DNA of 31,364 nucleotides, taken from positions 1-31,364 of the forward strand of contig JAEOTQ010000106.1 in assembly GCA_016839785.1 (NCBI GenBank), written 5' to 3'. Below the pieces are notes generated by a model, which did not search any database, was not told the origin of the DNA, and worked only from the letters and a program-made list of their open reading frames with translations. Positions 10,701 through 20,800 of this stretch are shown here, piece by piece. A program made the position numbers and the translations under genes. This stretch comes from Candidatus Hodarchaeota archaeon. GTDB lineage: Archaea > Asgardarchaeota > Heimdallarchaeia > Hodarchaeales > Hodarchaeaceae. Positions within the stretch are counted from its first letter, which is position 1, and every line of letters begins with the position of its first letter.

Positions 10701-11757
10701 TGTTGTTTATAATGATGTTGTCAGAAATTATAGTATAATGAGCATAGGAACTTAACCAAATCCCTGAACCATCATTATTGACAATCGTATTGTTTTTAAT
10801 TATACTATAATAGCCAAAAGAACTGATCCATACAGCGGCATCGAAATTTCCGTCGAAAGTATTATTGGTTATCCAATTATTCTCCGCATTTGCCACCCAG
10901 ATGGCTTGATCAAGATTTTGTGTGAAAAAATTGAACTGAATATTGAACCAATCTGAATTAGATAATTCAATACATTGTCCAATATTGGATACAAAGAAAT
11001 TATGCTCTATCGTAGCGTTGTCAGAACTGGTGGAATATATCCCATGGTAATTAAATGAGAAATTATTATTCTTGATGTGACTAAATCTCGTACCTTGAAG
11101 ATAAATGCCTCCATAGTTAGTTCCAGAAGTCTGATGAGAAGAAATTTCGTTGTATTGTATAAGAGAGGAATCACCACTAATAACCATACCAAAATTGCCA
11201 TTATTAGAAATGGTATTATTCTGGGTAATAACGTCATCACTGTAAAGGATTTCCAGGCCTGCATAGTTGTTGTTCACTAATGTATTATTTTCTATAAGGA
11301 CCTGATCAGCAGCGACGAAATAAAGGTAGATTCCACTTGAAGAGGATCCATTTACAGAAATGTAATTATTTCGAAGAATAAAATTATAACCAGTGGAACG
11401 AATCTCAATACCGTGAGTACTTGCCGTTGAGTTAGTAATGTAATAATTTTCAATAATAAAAGGTGCACTCACCGATCCATTACCCAACCATCCTTCAGAA
11501 GCAGCTTGAGTAGCAAAATCAGAGTTTCCACTAATGTAGATGGGATTCCGAGAGGTATAGGACTGAGCTTTAAACTGTGGTAGCTTTGGAGAATCTTTTT
11601 CTATTTGTCTGAGTGGATATGCAGCGTTACTTACTCGGATGGGTTCTAATCCAGAGTCATTTACTCTTATTTCATGAAAATTATGAATAGAACTCAAAAT
11701 GATCGCTAACAAAAGTATAAAGGGTACGTAGTATTTTTTGGAATCAACGCGGGACAT
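7771..11757 (-). CDS. Large cell-surface glycoprotein: NosD/pectin-lyase-like right-handed beta-helix + 8 Ig-like repeats + Ser/Thr linker + C-terminal anchor
   Basis: Many NNxIxxN...GI beta-helix coils ending GNFWLDY.G.D...DGIGD.PY; many NxS/T sequons; C-terminus GFGSFSLLVLGIIFAIIRKKQV; ATG 11757 preferred. Confidence 0.9.
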   Translation of the reverse strand: MSRVDSKKYYVPFILLLAIILSSIHNFHEIRVNDSGLEPIRVSNAAYPLRQIEKDSPKLPQFKAQSYTSRNPIYISGNSDFATQAASEGWLGNGSVSAPFIIENYYITNSTASTHGIEIRSTGYNFILRNNYISVNGSSSSGIYLYFVAADQVLIENNTLVNNNYAGLEILYSDDVITQNNTISNNGNFGMVISGDSSLIQYNEISSHQTSGTNYGGIYLQGTRFSHIKNNNFSFNYHGIYSTSSDNATIEHNFFVSNIGQCIELSNSDWFNIQFNFFTQNLDQAIWVANAENNWITNNTFDGNFDAAVWISSFGYYSIIKNNTIVNNDGSGIWLSSYAHYTIISDNIIINNTDEGIRLSSTIINSTVTNNIIKDGRYGIYGFFEDTYIANNYIENVIYNGISITWSFNSTVENNLIRNCGDYGIDFYDSGNVTVRNNTVIGCTDYGIYVGSSEPANHIYLNNFLHNRGGAINQGYSTWNNQNWDNGTHGNFWLDYRGIDNNSDGIGDSPYLISGSVSSSDNFPLMIWYSIELPPEIIDPPSNLTYEEATIGHNLTWVALDESPFMFSILVDDIPVFSNLWTSREIINYSVDGLGLGVHNITIKFIDTDSNERSDTVFVTVIDTTPPNLNSGKIFVFMEVLPDKSINWTLTDLHPWNYSIFMDSVLYANGSWTSGQTITLNVTNLPLGVFEFIIYVNDSSSNINSSTHYVVIYDGTAPVVSHPTNFTHEYGYPTIPITWIANDIHPYNFTIFVDDQVYLDGNWTSDTNISLDYSDFLSGIYNITLLIHDTSALNATSTLFLTVLPDSTPPLITSPGNKTIVETTGTVITWLVTDYNPSHYTLYEDGIVVQSDSWNSSFPIQFIIANASIGIYNYTLVVFDHSNLSLKDSVFVIVEPVKGLAINQPENITYTEGMMNNWISWTIISNKTGNYTIYQDDLPLETDDWTNSTLVNYLVDNLDPGIYNFSIFVKTTDNLTVNDTVFVFVLIDSNPPLVSEESDIFILEMSINNTLTWTVADLNPDVFFIYKNDSLALTSSWVGNESLSIRIDGLHPGVWNYTIIVYDARGLSSADTVFVLVIDVTPPIIVNSPLNQTIEETAGSELTWRAIDYYPFNYTLILANGTIITGIWGNNTWINITIPELDLGNYTYTMTFSDLFGQESQSVVTIEVIDLTPPTINPHDDEEYMEGTTSYFLNWNISDRYNGTYIIYQDGEMLTSGVWNQNSSVSIDVGNLPAGTYTFSLVVTDFNGNQAIDTVILLVKMVEITTTTITSASSTSTSSSSSTSTPTPTTEVPPTTSSTSKPKVSIGFGSFSLLVLGIIFAIIRKKQV
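7975..10158 (-). repeat. Eight tandem ~90-aa Ig-like protein repeats
   Basis: Each unit reads PP.I.....YEE.....(I/L)xW...D..P..Y.I..D......W.....I......L..G.YNYT....D.......DTV.V.V.D. Confidence 0.85.
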
Positions 11758-11954
11758 TGGGGGACTTCCTAACGAAAAACAATTTAATAGACACAAAAGA
11801 TAGTGTAATTACATCTTTTCTTCTTAATAAGAAGCACTAGATAATTTCTCCGAACGTTACCTTATTTCCACAATATTTAATTATTCGAGCAAATACTTAA
11901 TTGGAAACAAGAAAATTGCCTTCAGTATTCAAGTTAACAAAAGAGTTGAGCAGT

Positions 11955-12788
11955 ATGGAGCATGAAGAAAGTAAATATGTCACTCGGGATGGAATAGACA
12001 TTTTTTATCAGGTGTGGAAACCTGAAGGGACACCTAAGGGAATTGTACAAATAGTTCACGGATTAGCAGAACATGCAGGGCGGTATATGCATGTCGTTAA
12101 CAAACTTGTACCACAAGGATATTTAATCTATGGTGATGACCATCGAGGACATGGACGATCAGGTGGACATAAAGGATTTGTTAAGTCAATTAATGATTTT
12201 GTACAGGATCAAAAGGAATTTACAAAGATAATAAAGGATAAAGAAGGCGCAAATTTACCTCTTTTCTTACTTGGTCATTCTATGGGATCTTTGATATCAA
12301 TTCTTTACATATCTGATTCTCCTGATGACTTCAAAGGGCTTATTCTTTCTGGTACTGGATCAGCTGTAGGAGAAGGAGTGAATTGGTTTACAATAATATT
12401 AGCAAAAACAATGTCAAAAATATTACCAAAAATGACGTTAAAAAATGAATTATCGGATGGAGTATCACGAGATCCCGCAGTAAAAGAAGCTTATAATAAT
12501 GATCCATATGTATTAGACAAGATAACCACTAGACTCGGAGCTGAAATTTTTACTGGACTTAAAGCAGCTAAAAGCAGTATTGGAAATATCAAGATCCCTA
12601 TTTTAGTGCAAAAAGGTGGAGAAGATCCTTTAATAATAAAAACAGAGGAATTGATGAAGAACGTGACTACTGAGGATTCCACCTTAAAGATGTATGAGGG
12701 ATTATTTCACGAAGTGTATAATGAGCTAGAAGAGGATCGAGAAGTTGTCCTTAATGATCTAAACGAGTGGTTAAATTCTCATCTCTAA
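11955..12788 (+). CDS. Alpha/beta hydrolase, lysophospholipase/monoacylglycerol lipase type
   Basis: VHGLAEHAGRY, DHRGHGRS, GHSMG nucleophile elbow, HEVYNE; ATG 11955 preferred. Confidence 0.92.
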   Translation: MEHEESKYVTRDGIDIFYQVWKPEGTPKGIVQIVHGLAEHAGRYMHVVNKLVPQGYLIYGDDHRGHGRSGGHKGFVKSINDFVQDQKEFTKIIKDKEGANLPLFLLGHSMGSLISILYISDSPDDFKGLILSGTGSAVGEGVNWFTIILAKTMSKILPKMTLKNELSDGVSRDPAVKEAYNNDPYVLDKITTRLGAEIFTGLKAAKSSIGNIKIPILVQKGGEDPLIIKTEELMKNVTTEDSTLKMYEGLFHEVYNELEEDREVVLNDLNEWLNSHL

Positions 12789-12993
12789 TTTAGTGGATCT
12801 ACATTAGAATCACTTCAAAAAAAATCGATATTCACAAACCTAGCTTCTTCGCTCTCATTCTTTCTCTTTATAGAAGTATTGAGACTTAATCCAGCATTGA
12901 ACTAAATTTGATAAGCACTAGAAAAGAAATTAAAATCTAGAAAGTTAAAAAAGGTTCGTCAGAAGTATATGATTCTACTGAACAAATTGACCA

Positions 12994-13995
12994 TTGGTGA
13001 GAAAATTGGCGATTGAACCACAATATGCTATTGAAGTGAAGGGTCTTAGGAAAACCTTCGGTAAAGGGGAGAATAAAGTCGAAGCTGTACGGGGAGTCTC
13101 ACTCCAAGTCAGAAAAGGTGAAATTTTTGGATTTTTAGGTCCAAACGGTGCTGGAAAAACCACAAGTTTACGAATGATGGTAGGACTACTTAATCCTAGT
13201 GCAGGAAATGTGATAATTTTAGGAAAGGATCCTAAAGAGAAACAAAATCAAGATTTTATCAAGGAAAAAATTGGGATCATCCCTCAAGAAGTCTCTCTAT
13301 ATTTGGAATTAACAGTGGAAGAGAATCTATGGTTTATCGCGAATGCTTATCGGGTTCCTTCAGCAGATGCAAAAGTGACGATTGATAAACTAATCAGTGA
13401 TATGGGGTTAGAAGAGAAACGAAAAGCATTGGCGAAGAACCTTTCGGGAGGAATGAAGCGACGATTAAATTTAATAATGGGATTAGTGCATAATCCCGAA
13501 CTAGTCCTTTGTGATGAACCAACACCTGGACTTGATCCTCAATCACGAGTGGTTGTTTGGGAATATATCCAGGACTTACCCAAGCAAGGAAAAACGGTCA
13601 TTTTAACAACCCATTTTATGGAAGAGGCTGATCGTCTTTCAGATCGGGTCGCTATAATCGACAATGGTGAAGTGCTTGTGCTCGACTCTCCTAAAGCTCT
13701 AAAAAAATCCGTTGGCGAAGGCGATCTTGTTGAGTTTATGCTTGAAAATACCGAAAAAGATCATTTGGAACAGATTGCCTCTGCTTTGAGAGAATTTAAT
13801 GGAGGAAAAGCTATACAAGAAGTATACATTTCTTCTAATCGTGTGATCATGCGATCTAAGGATGTTATATCGAATCTTTCACGGATTCTGAACCATATTG
13901 AGGATCAGGGAGCAGAAGTAGAAAACATGGCTATTCGGAATACTACACTTGAGGATGTATTTATTTCCCTCACTGGAAGAGCTTTACGTAATTAA
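12994..13995 (+). CDS. ABC-2 (DrrA-like) exporter ATP-binding protein
   Basis: Walker A GPNGAGKTT, signature LSGGMKRR, DEPTPGLD, TTHFMEEA, C-terminal TLEDVFISLTGR. Confidence 0.95.
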   Translation: MVRKLAIEPQYAIEVKGLRKTFGKGENKVEAVRGVSLQVRKGEIFGFLGPNGAGKTTSLRMMVGLLNPSAGNVIILGKDPKEKQNQDFIKEKIGIIPQEVSLYLELTVEENLWFIANAYRVPSADAKVTIDKLISDMGLEEKRKALAKNLSGGMKRRLNLIMGLVHNPELVLCDEPTPGLDPQSRVVVWEYIQDLPKQGKTVILTTHFMEEADRLSDRVAIIDNGEVLVLDSPKALKKSVGEGDLVEFMLENTEKDHLEQIASALREFNGGKAIQEVYISSNRVIMRSKDVISNLSRILNHIEDQGAEVENMAIRNTTLEDVFISLTGRALRN

Positions 13996-14009
13996 GGGAG
14001 ATATTTTTA

Positions 14010-15380
14010 ATGTTACCCTTGGAAATTGCTAAACGGTTTGGAAAAGAGCTCATCCGAATGCGAATTTCGCTTGTTGTCTTACTGGCTTTACCAGCATTTA
14101 TGGCATTCATGTTTTGGTTCGCCTTTAATAGCGCAGGTCTTGGTTCAACAGAAACATATATCCTAGGAGTTGTAAATGAAGATGAGGGGGTTGCTGATGA
14201 ATTAGCTGCATATTTTCAAGTAGTCAACAGTGTCTATGATACAGGTATCTCCAATACAACATTGACACATGGATTTGCACATGATTTCATCCAATCTTTA
14301 AAGTCAATTAATTATACAAATGAGCAGAATACGGCTGATAACATCCCAATTTTTACTATAGAAGAGTATGATACATCAGAAATAGCATTAAATAACTCTA
14401 ATCCTAATGAAGATGTTGAATCTAGAGACATTGACGCATTACTTTATTTTCCTAGAAATTATTCCAATACAACCCTTTCAGCAGTCAATAATGCGAATTT
14501 CATCCAATCAGGGCTCTATCTCGACGAAAATCCTTTTTGGGTTGGTCCCCCAATTCCAAAATCGGATAATAGTGAACTCAAAATTGTCGGAGACGAAGGT
14601 TATACTCGGTATTTAATTGTTAAAGTGATCCTGAGTAAAATCTTAACTGCATTTATGGAGAATATTCATAATTTCCAATATTCTGGCGGTAATGTTGATT
14701 ATGAAATTAATTCGGTCGCACTTAAAGAATACAGCATATTTGATACAATAATGCCCGGAATCCTTGTATTTGGAATCCTTACACAGTCAGGAATGTTAGC
14801 TGCGTTTCTTGTAAGCGAGTTCGCAGAAACACAAACCATGACTCGTGTCAGATTATCTCTCATAAAACCTTGGGAATATATTATGGGAGTTTCAATCTAT
14901 CAGTTTATTGTCTCATTTTTCCAAATGGGAATTCTTTTCGTTCTGCCCATTTTATTATTAGGTTTTCGTCCTGCAGGAAGTTTAATTGAAGGATTTCTAG
15001 TACTCTTAGTAACTACCGTATTTACGACTGGTTTAGGTTTTGTATTAGCAGGGATATTCACTTCTTCTGATACTGCAGGTCAATCTTCTGGTTTTCTAAT
15101 GACCCCTATTGCTTTCATGTCTGGGGCATTTATGGAGGTTCCTACAATTACTCTATTTCCCAGCGTTATCCCTACAGCTTCAGGAATTCCTCGTGATTTC
15201 ATTTTATGGGATATAATACCAACAACCCATACTGTAAATGCTCTTCGGTCAATTTTATTATATGAATTTTCAGTAACTGATGTTTGGGGTGAACTCATGC
15301 TATTAATAATTCCCTCTATACTTCTTCTAGTATTTGGGATGATTTTCTATAGTAAACGACGATTTGCAGGAGATATCTAG
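14010..15380 (+). CDS. ABC-2 type permease with large extracellular loop
   Basis: One N-terminal TM, soluble domain, then five TMs; MPGILVF and PIAFMSGAF motifs; follows the ATPase. Confidence 0.9.
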   Translation: MLPLEIAKRFGKELIRMRISLVVLLALPAFMAFMFWFAFNSAGLGSTETYILGVVNEDEGVADELAAYFQVVNSVYDTGISNTTLTHGFAHDFIQSLKSINYTNEQNTADNIPIFTIEEYDTSEIALNNSNPNEDVESRDIDALLYFPRNYSNTTLSAVNNANFIQSGLYLDENPFWVGPPIPKSDNSELKIVGDEGYTRYLIVKVILSKILTAFMENIHNFQYSGGNVDYEINSVALKEYSIFDTIMPGILVFGILTQSGMLAAFLVSEFAETQTMTRVRLSLIKPWEYIMGVSIYQFIVSFFQMGILFVLPILLLGFRPAGSLIEGFLVLLVTTVFTTGLGFVLAGIFTSSDTAGQSSGFLMTPIAFMSGAFMEVPTITLFPSVIPTASGIPRDFILWDIIPTTHTVNALRSILLYEFSVTDVWGELMLLIIPSILLLVFGMIFYSKRRFAGDI

Positions 15381-16697
15381 ATGAACTTGACCATTAGAAT
15401 TTTCATTCGGTCATTCAAACAGGTCATTCGATCTCCAGCACGGCTTTCCCTCATCATAGGCTTCCCAATCTTTTTTATTATGATTTTTGCATTTATTTTT
15501 GGAGGAGGCGTTGATGAAACAACGGTATCTCTAGGATTCCTTAACCTTGATGATTCAGGACTGCTGGAATCTGATTGGGAAGAGGATTTTACTAACTTCA
15601 CAGACGCGTGGGGAGATAATGATTCAATAAATCCATTTACAGTAGGATTTGGAGAATACTTTGTTAGGAGTCTAGAAGGTCAAGCGAATTTAGACATATC
15701 TAATAGCACGTTTCGAATAGTGGAGTTCAATTCTATAGATGAAATGCTTGTTTCTGTGCAAAGTAGGGCTGTTTCAATCGGGATTGTAATACCCAGTGAT
15801 TTTTCACTCGCAGTTTTATCTGGACTTAATTCACGTGAAACTATTCTTACTGGACAACCAATTGTGGATAATTCTTTGATCTTAAGACAAAACCTAACCA
15901 TCAATATTCTTGGTGATCCAAGCTTTTTAGCGTTTCAAACTGGCCTTACAGAAGTTGAAAATGCGCTAGATAGTTTTCAATCTCAAGTCTATGGAATACA
16001 GGTTCCAGCAGGTAACTTTCAATCGGTTTTTGAAAATGTTGTAAGCTATGAATTAACCCAGTTCGACTATTTCATCTCTGGATTCTTTACGTTTGGGCTA
16101 ATCCTAACTTCAAGCGGTATTGCTGGTATCATTGGTGAAGAACGGGACTATCGGACACTGGAAAGACTCAAATTAAGCCAGGTAAAACCTGCTGAATATC
16201 TCCTTGGTATCTCTCTTAATCAAATAGTCCTTGCTATTATTCAGGTTGTCATAATGTTTGGTGCAGCCTATCTTTTTGGGTTTAGAGGTCAAGGAAATCC
16301 AATTTTTGCAGCATTAATAGCAATTATTACTCTTCTTCCAGTTTTAGGATTGGCTGTATTTGTAAGTGCATTTGTACCTAATGGCCGTGATGCTAATGGA
16401 GTGATTGCAATGCTCAGTGCCCCTATAGGATTTGTATCAGGTGCATTCCTTCCTGTTCCAGAAATTCCACTAATTCAAAATCTCGTCCCTGATGGATCGG
16501 GTTCACTTCGAGCATTGCAATTATGGGATTTCTTCCCGTTTCATGCATCTACAAAAGCCATAAGGAATATCTTACTATTTGATCACTCCTTTGCCCAAAT
16601 TCTGCCAGATTTATTCTTTTTGATTATTGGTGGTCTACTGTTCTTCGGTTTTGGTATGTTCTTCTTTGTTAAAAGGATATTCACCCCAGAAAATTAG
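15381..16697 (+). CDS. ABC-2 type permease (paralog of the preceding gene)
   Basis: EERDYRTLERL and PIGFVSGAF motifs; start abuts the previous stop. Confidence 0.9.
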   Translation: MNLTIRIFIRSFKQVIRSPARLSLIIGFPIFFIMIFAFIFGGGVDETTVSLGFLNLDDSGLLESDWEEDFTNFTDAWGDNDSINPFTVGFGEYFVRSLEGQANLDISNSTFRIVEFNSIDEMLVSVQSRAVSIGIVIPSDFSLAVLSGLNSRETILTGQPIVDNSLILRQNLTINILGDPSFLAFQTGLTEVENALDSFQSQVYGIQVPAGNFQSVFENVVSYELTQFDYFISGFFTFGLILTSSGIAGIIGEERDYRTLERLKLSQVKPAEYLLGISLNQIVLAIIQVVIMFGAAYLFGFRGQGNPIFAALIAIITLLPVLGLAVFVSAFVPNGRDANGVIAMLSAPIGFVSGAFLPVPEIPLIQNLVPDGSGSLRALQLWDFFPFHASTKAIRNILLFDHSFAQILPDLFFLIIGGLLFFGFGMFFFVKRIFTPEN

Positions 16698-16803
16698 GAA
16701 GATCATGAAACACTTAAAGGAATATTACTACTTAAATCCACTGAGGCTAAGAAAGCACTTGATGAAACAAAAACAGATGATAATTTGACAATAGGTTTTC
16801 ATA

Positions 16804-17718
16804 ATGCGCCTAAGACCACCAGAAGAAACCCTACACTCCTGGTCCTTTCCCCATCGAATGTTTTATCAACTAATTAAACTAGTTCTCCCCAGATTTATCC
16901 GCCTCTATTTTCAGTTTGAAGTAAAAAATGTTGAATTCCTAGAGAAGTTACCTGAAGGAGTACCAGTGATATATTGCTTTAATCATCGATCGCATTTGGA
17001 TACCTTCCTTTTTGCTAGTGCGTTGGTGTATCCTTTTGGAAATAGGACCGCATGCGGATTAATGACAAATGGCAATGTAATGGAAGAAAATAAATTTTTC
17101 TATCTACTCAAGCACTTGGGAGCGTATCCTGTTTATCCCCAGAACTCCACACCAGCTCTGGATCATACGATAAAACTCCTTGACGATAATTTAGCCGTTC
17201 TGATTGCTCCTCAGGGTAAACGAATTCCAACTACACCTTTAGATGATTATCACAATTTAGTCGAACAGGGAAAATCAGGAGTAGGAAGACTGGTATTAAG
17301 AAGTAAGGGTAAAATTCCAGTAGTACCTATGTATATTCATGGCTCTTATGAAGCACTTGCTTTTGGAAAAATGATTCCAAAAATTAAATCTTATATTTCA
17401 GTGTCAATCTGCAAACCAATTATTTTTGCTGAAGAGAGACGAGAAGATGAATGGACTGAATCTGACCTAGTATTTCATTCTAGAGCGAGGGCGATAAGCA
17501 AGGTAATTATGGCATCGATTCGAAAACAAATGCAATTTGAGGAACAGTACTTCTTCCAAATCCTATCCCGAAAGGTACAGCTCCCCCTAGATAGAGTACA
17601 TATTTCTTATCAAACTCACCCCATTGCTTATCGATTTTTCCGAAACCTATTGCGATATTCTCCTGACCAGTTGAAAAAATGGCTCGAATGCAACCCTCAG
17701 ATCAGTGAACACACATAA
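16804..17718 (+). CDS. Lysophospholipid/1-acyl-glycerol-phosphate acyltransferase (PlsC-like)
   Basis: NHRSHLD (HX4D), GAYPV, APQGKR (variant of FPEGTR), PVVPMYI blocks. Confidence 0.85.
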   Translation: MRLRPPEETLHSWSFPHRMFYQLIKLVLPRFIRLYFQFEVKNVEFLEKLPEGVPVIYCFNHRSHLDTFLFASALVYPFGNRTACGLMTNGNVMEENKFFYLLKHLGAYPVYPQNSTPALDHTIKLLDDNLAVLIAPQGKRIPTTPLDDYHNLVEQGKSGVGRLVLRSKGKIPVVPMYIHGSYEALAFGKMIPKIKSYISVSICKPIIFAEERREDEWTESDLVFHSRARAISKVIMASIRKQMQFEEQYFFQILSRKVQLPLDRVHISYQTHPIAYRFFRNLLRYSPDQLKKWLECNPQISEHT

Positions 17719-17835
17719 ATTACCTGTTTTGGTACGAAAAATATCACTCATACTATAGGCAATGATATCAAAATAAATTTCCCCAAATGACTCAAGTGAA
17801 TACTATGGTAAACGATTTCTTAGAACCTTAGGGGA

Positions 17836-20800
17836 TCATTGGTTATCTTTCTGACTCTTTTTAATACCAAGGGCTTCACGTACATATTCCTCAACTCTTT
17901 TATGTTGATCTTGAGGGGAAAGTTGAGTATCAAGCTTAAGAATTGAAGTGATGTTAGTTCGAAGTCTTTCAAACTTAACTGATTCTTTCATTGCGATATC
18001 ATAATAAAGCTTCATATTTTCTTGCTGTGCAATTCTTAGACATTTATTAATCCAATGTTCCACTTGATTAAACTGAAATGATGCAAGGTCTATTCTTGCT
18101 CTCAACAGGTACACTTGACAGAGTTCAGAGTAGTATTGATTGTTCTCACAGTCATCTTGCCATTTATTTAGCATGGTGAGCATTTTCTTCTTAGCTACCG
18201 GTGAAGGATTACTCAACCAGGTTTTAAATTCGGATGCCACAAGAGCACCTTGACAGATGACTTGAAATTCCACATCTAAATTCTCATTATCTAGGGCTGT
18301 GATCCATTCTTTTTCTGCTGATCCCCAATTTTTCTCCGTTTCAGCAAGTAAGGCTTGGATCATGTGATGGAATGCAACAACAGCGGGATGCTTATACGGT
18401 GGGGTGGGAAAACGTTGAAGGATGTGGCTTTCAGGGGTCAGAATTTGTGTTTCTTTCTGCAGAAGAACTATTCTGAGAGATGTTTCAGCGACCATTCTAT
18501 CGTTTTCTAATAGCTCAAAAACATCCAGAGCGGATTCATACTGCTGGATGGATTTTAAAAATTCACATTGAAGGTAAAGGGCATTAGCTTTTGCTAGTAA
18601 TGTCTTGGCATCTGTTTCAGTTTGCACTAATGCGACATAATCAGTAAATCCTAGTTTTTGAATTTTTAACGCAGTAGGATAATCAGGAGCTTTTAATTTC
18701 GTAATCCAATTTCTTTTTTCAGTTTCTCGTCTGATTCTGACAATAAAGGCTGCTAAGGCAATGTTGGTAATAATAATTAATAATCCTACATGAAATATAC
18801 TGAAACTGATAAGCGGAAAACTCCAAAATTCACGGGGATTAGTCCCCCCTCTATATTCGTCTACATTATGAACCCAATCCCCATCTAAATCGAGTTTCGC
18901 GTCACTTGGATCTTGTGCATTAAGCCCCATTCTAAATTCCCAAACATCAGGCATACCATCAATGTCTCGATCATAAAAAGCGTAGATTTTGTCAATGTAT
19001 TGAAATTCAGGACCAAAATTCATTGGATTTAGAGAACCACTCTCATTATAGTTTTGTATCCAATCACGGAAAGCCACTAATTTCAACTTTTGATTGAGAT
19101 AAATATACAGAGAATCATTAGCTGCTATTTCCTCAATATTTTGGTACATCTCTCGACGAACGTCAATATCCTGTTCAATCGCTGCATCTTCTATCAGAGT
19201 GTTCAAAGATGGATTTTCATATGAGAGCATTGTCGCAAAAACACCATATTGTCCATGTAAATACGGAGCAATAAAATTGTCTGGATCTGCATAATCTGCA
19301 GCCCATCCACAATAATTAAGAGGGATTTTTTGATGCCAAGAGACCTCATCATACTGATCCTGTTCCATGGGTTGTAGAATTGCCCTTATCCCCACATCAC
19401 ACATCACCAGGGAGTTAGCTAGGGATAAGTAGATGTACGAAAGTATTTCGTTATTAACAGGATACACTAATTTAATAGTTCCTTGCCAACCAACTTGCTC
19501 AAATAGTATTCTAGCTGTTTCTAAATCGTAGGAGGGAAGAAGACCCTTTTCTGTTAGATTTTCATTATGACCAAGAATTCCCTCAGGAATGATTCCTTCC
19601 ATCTGTTTCCCAATTCCATTGAGAATATTATCGATATAAAACGAGTAATCAAAAGCACTAGCCATGGCTTTACGGAATATAACCGAAGTAAATGGATTGT
19701 TTTGACTTGCTTTTACTTCACCTTTGGCAAATCGTGATAGGAGACTCGCGTTGTAAATAGAATTTTCTGATTCATTCAGATAGATTTGGGATAGGGATTC
19801 TTTCATATTCATCCCTAGAAAGAATGTGGTAGATGTTGGGGCGGTAAAAGTAGTTATTCCTTCATAAAGCGACTCACCTGCAGGAGTGATGATTTTATAC
19901 GCATCTGGTTTTTCTACATAAACCATATCAGAATCACCATTGATTAAATTTTGAATGCGGGTGTCATCATCTATTTCCGATCTAATTTCGATCTCCTCGA
20001 CAGAATGTAAACTAAATGATCCCCACCAATTGTCATTTTTCTGAAGAAGAATAGAATTTTCAGTTAGCGACTGTAATTTATATGCTCCAGTGCCAATTGC
20101 GTGGTTTTTCATCCATGAATGATAAGAATCACTAAAGCGATGCGATCCAGGGACTACACCAGATATTTTTGGATTATGATCACTCGTCAATCCCAATTTG
20201 GTATAATCCGAGAGGGTGGAAAACCATTTATCCAGAGGAACCATACCATACACTTTATCCCCAATAAACAATGTGTATTCCGTTGGTCGATTATCTATAA
20301 CAGCTTTTGGGGAAACAGCACTTCCTACATCGAACGCGAGAGAATTAATAAATGGTGAATATGCAGACTCAAGGTTGATTTCTAAAGTATAATCATCTAC
20401 AACCACAACTCCTCCTGCATCAAGATAAGCTTGTGCTTCTGTATAATTGGGATTAAAATATTGCATATAGGTTGATCCACCCTTGATAACTTGAGCTATC
20501 ATCCAAGAGGGCCCCCATGGATCGTTCATGAGTATAGATCTATCAATAGAATATTTCATTACGTAGGCGTTAAAAACGACACCATCGTGGAATACAACGT
20601 TCTTACGAAGGTTAAAGGTATATACTCGTCCATTTGGTGAGACAGTCCATCCCGTGGCTAGTCTACCTTCAAGTTCATCGACTGAATTCCCTTTATATCC
20701 AACTAAGGATTCATATATCAATTCAATAATAGTACTCCCAGTGGTCTCATAATTGATCCCTGGATCTAAGGATTTAATGGCATTTGGTATACTCAGTGTT

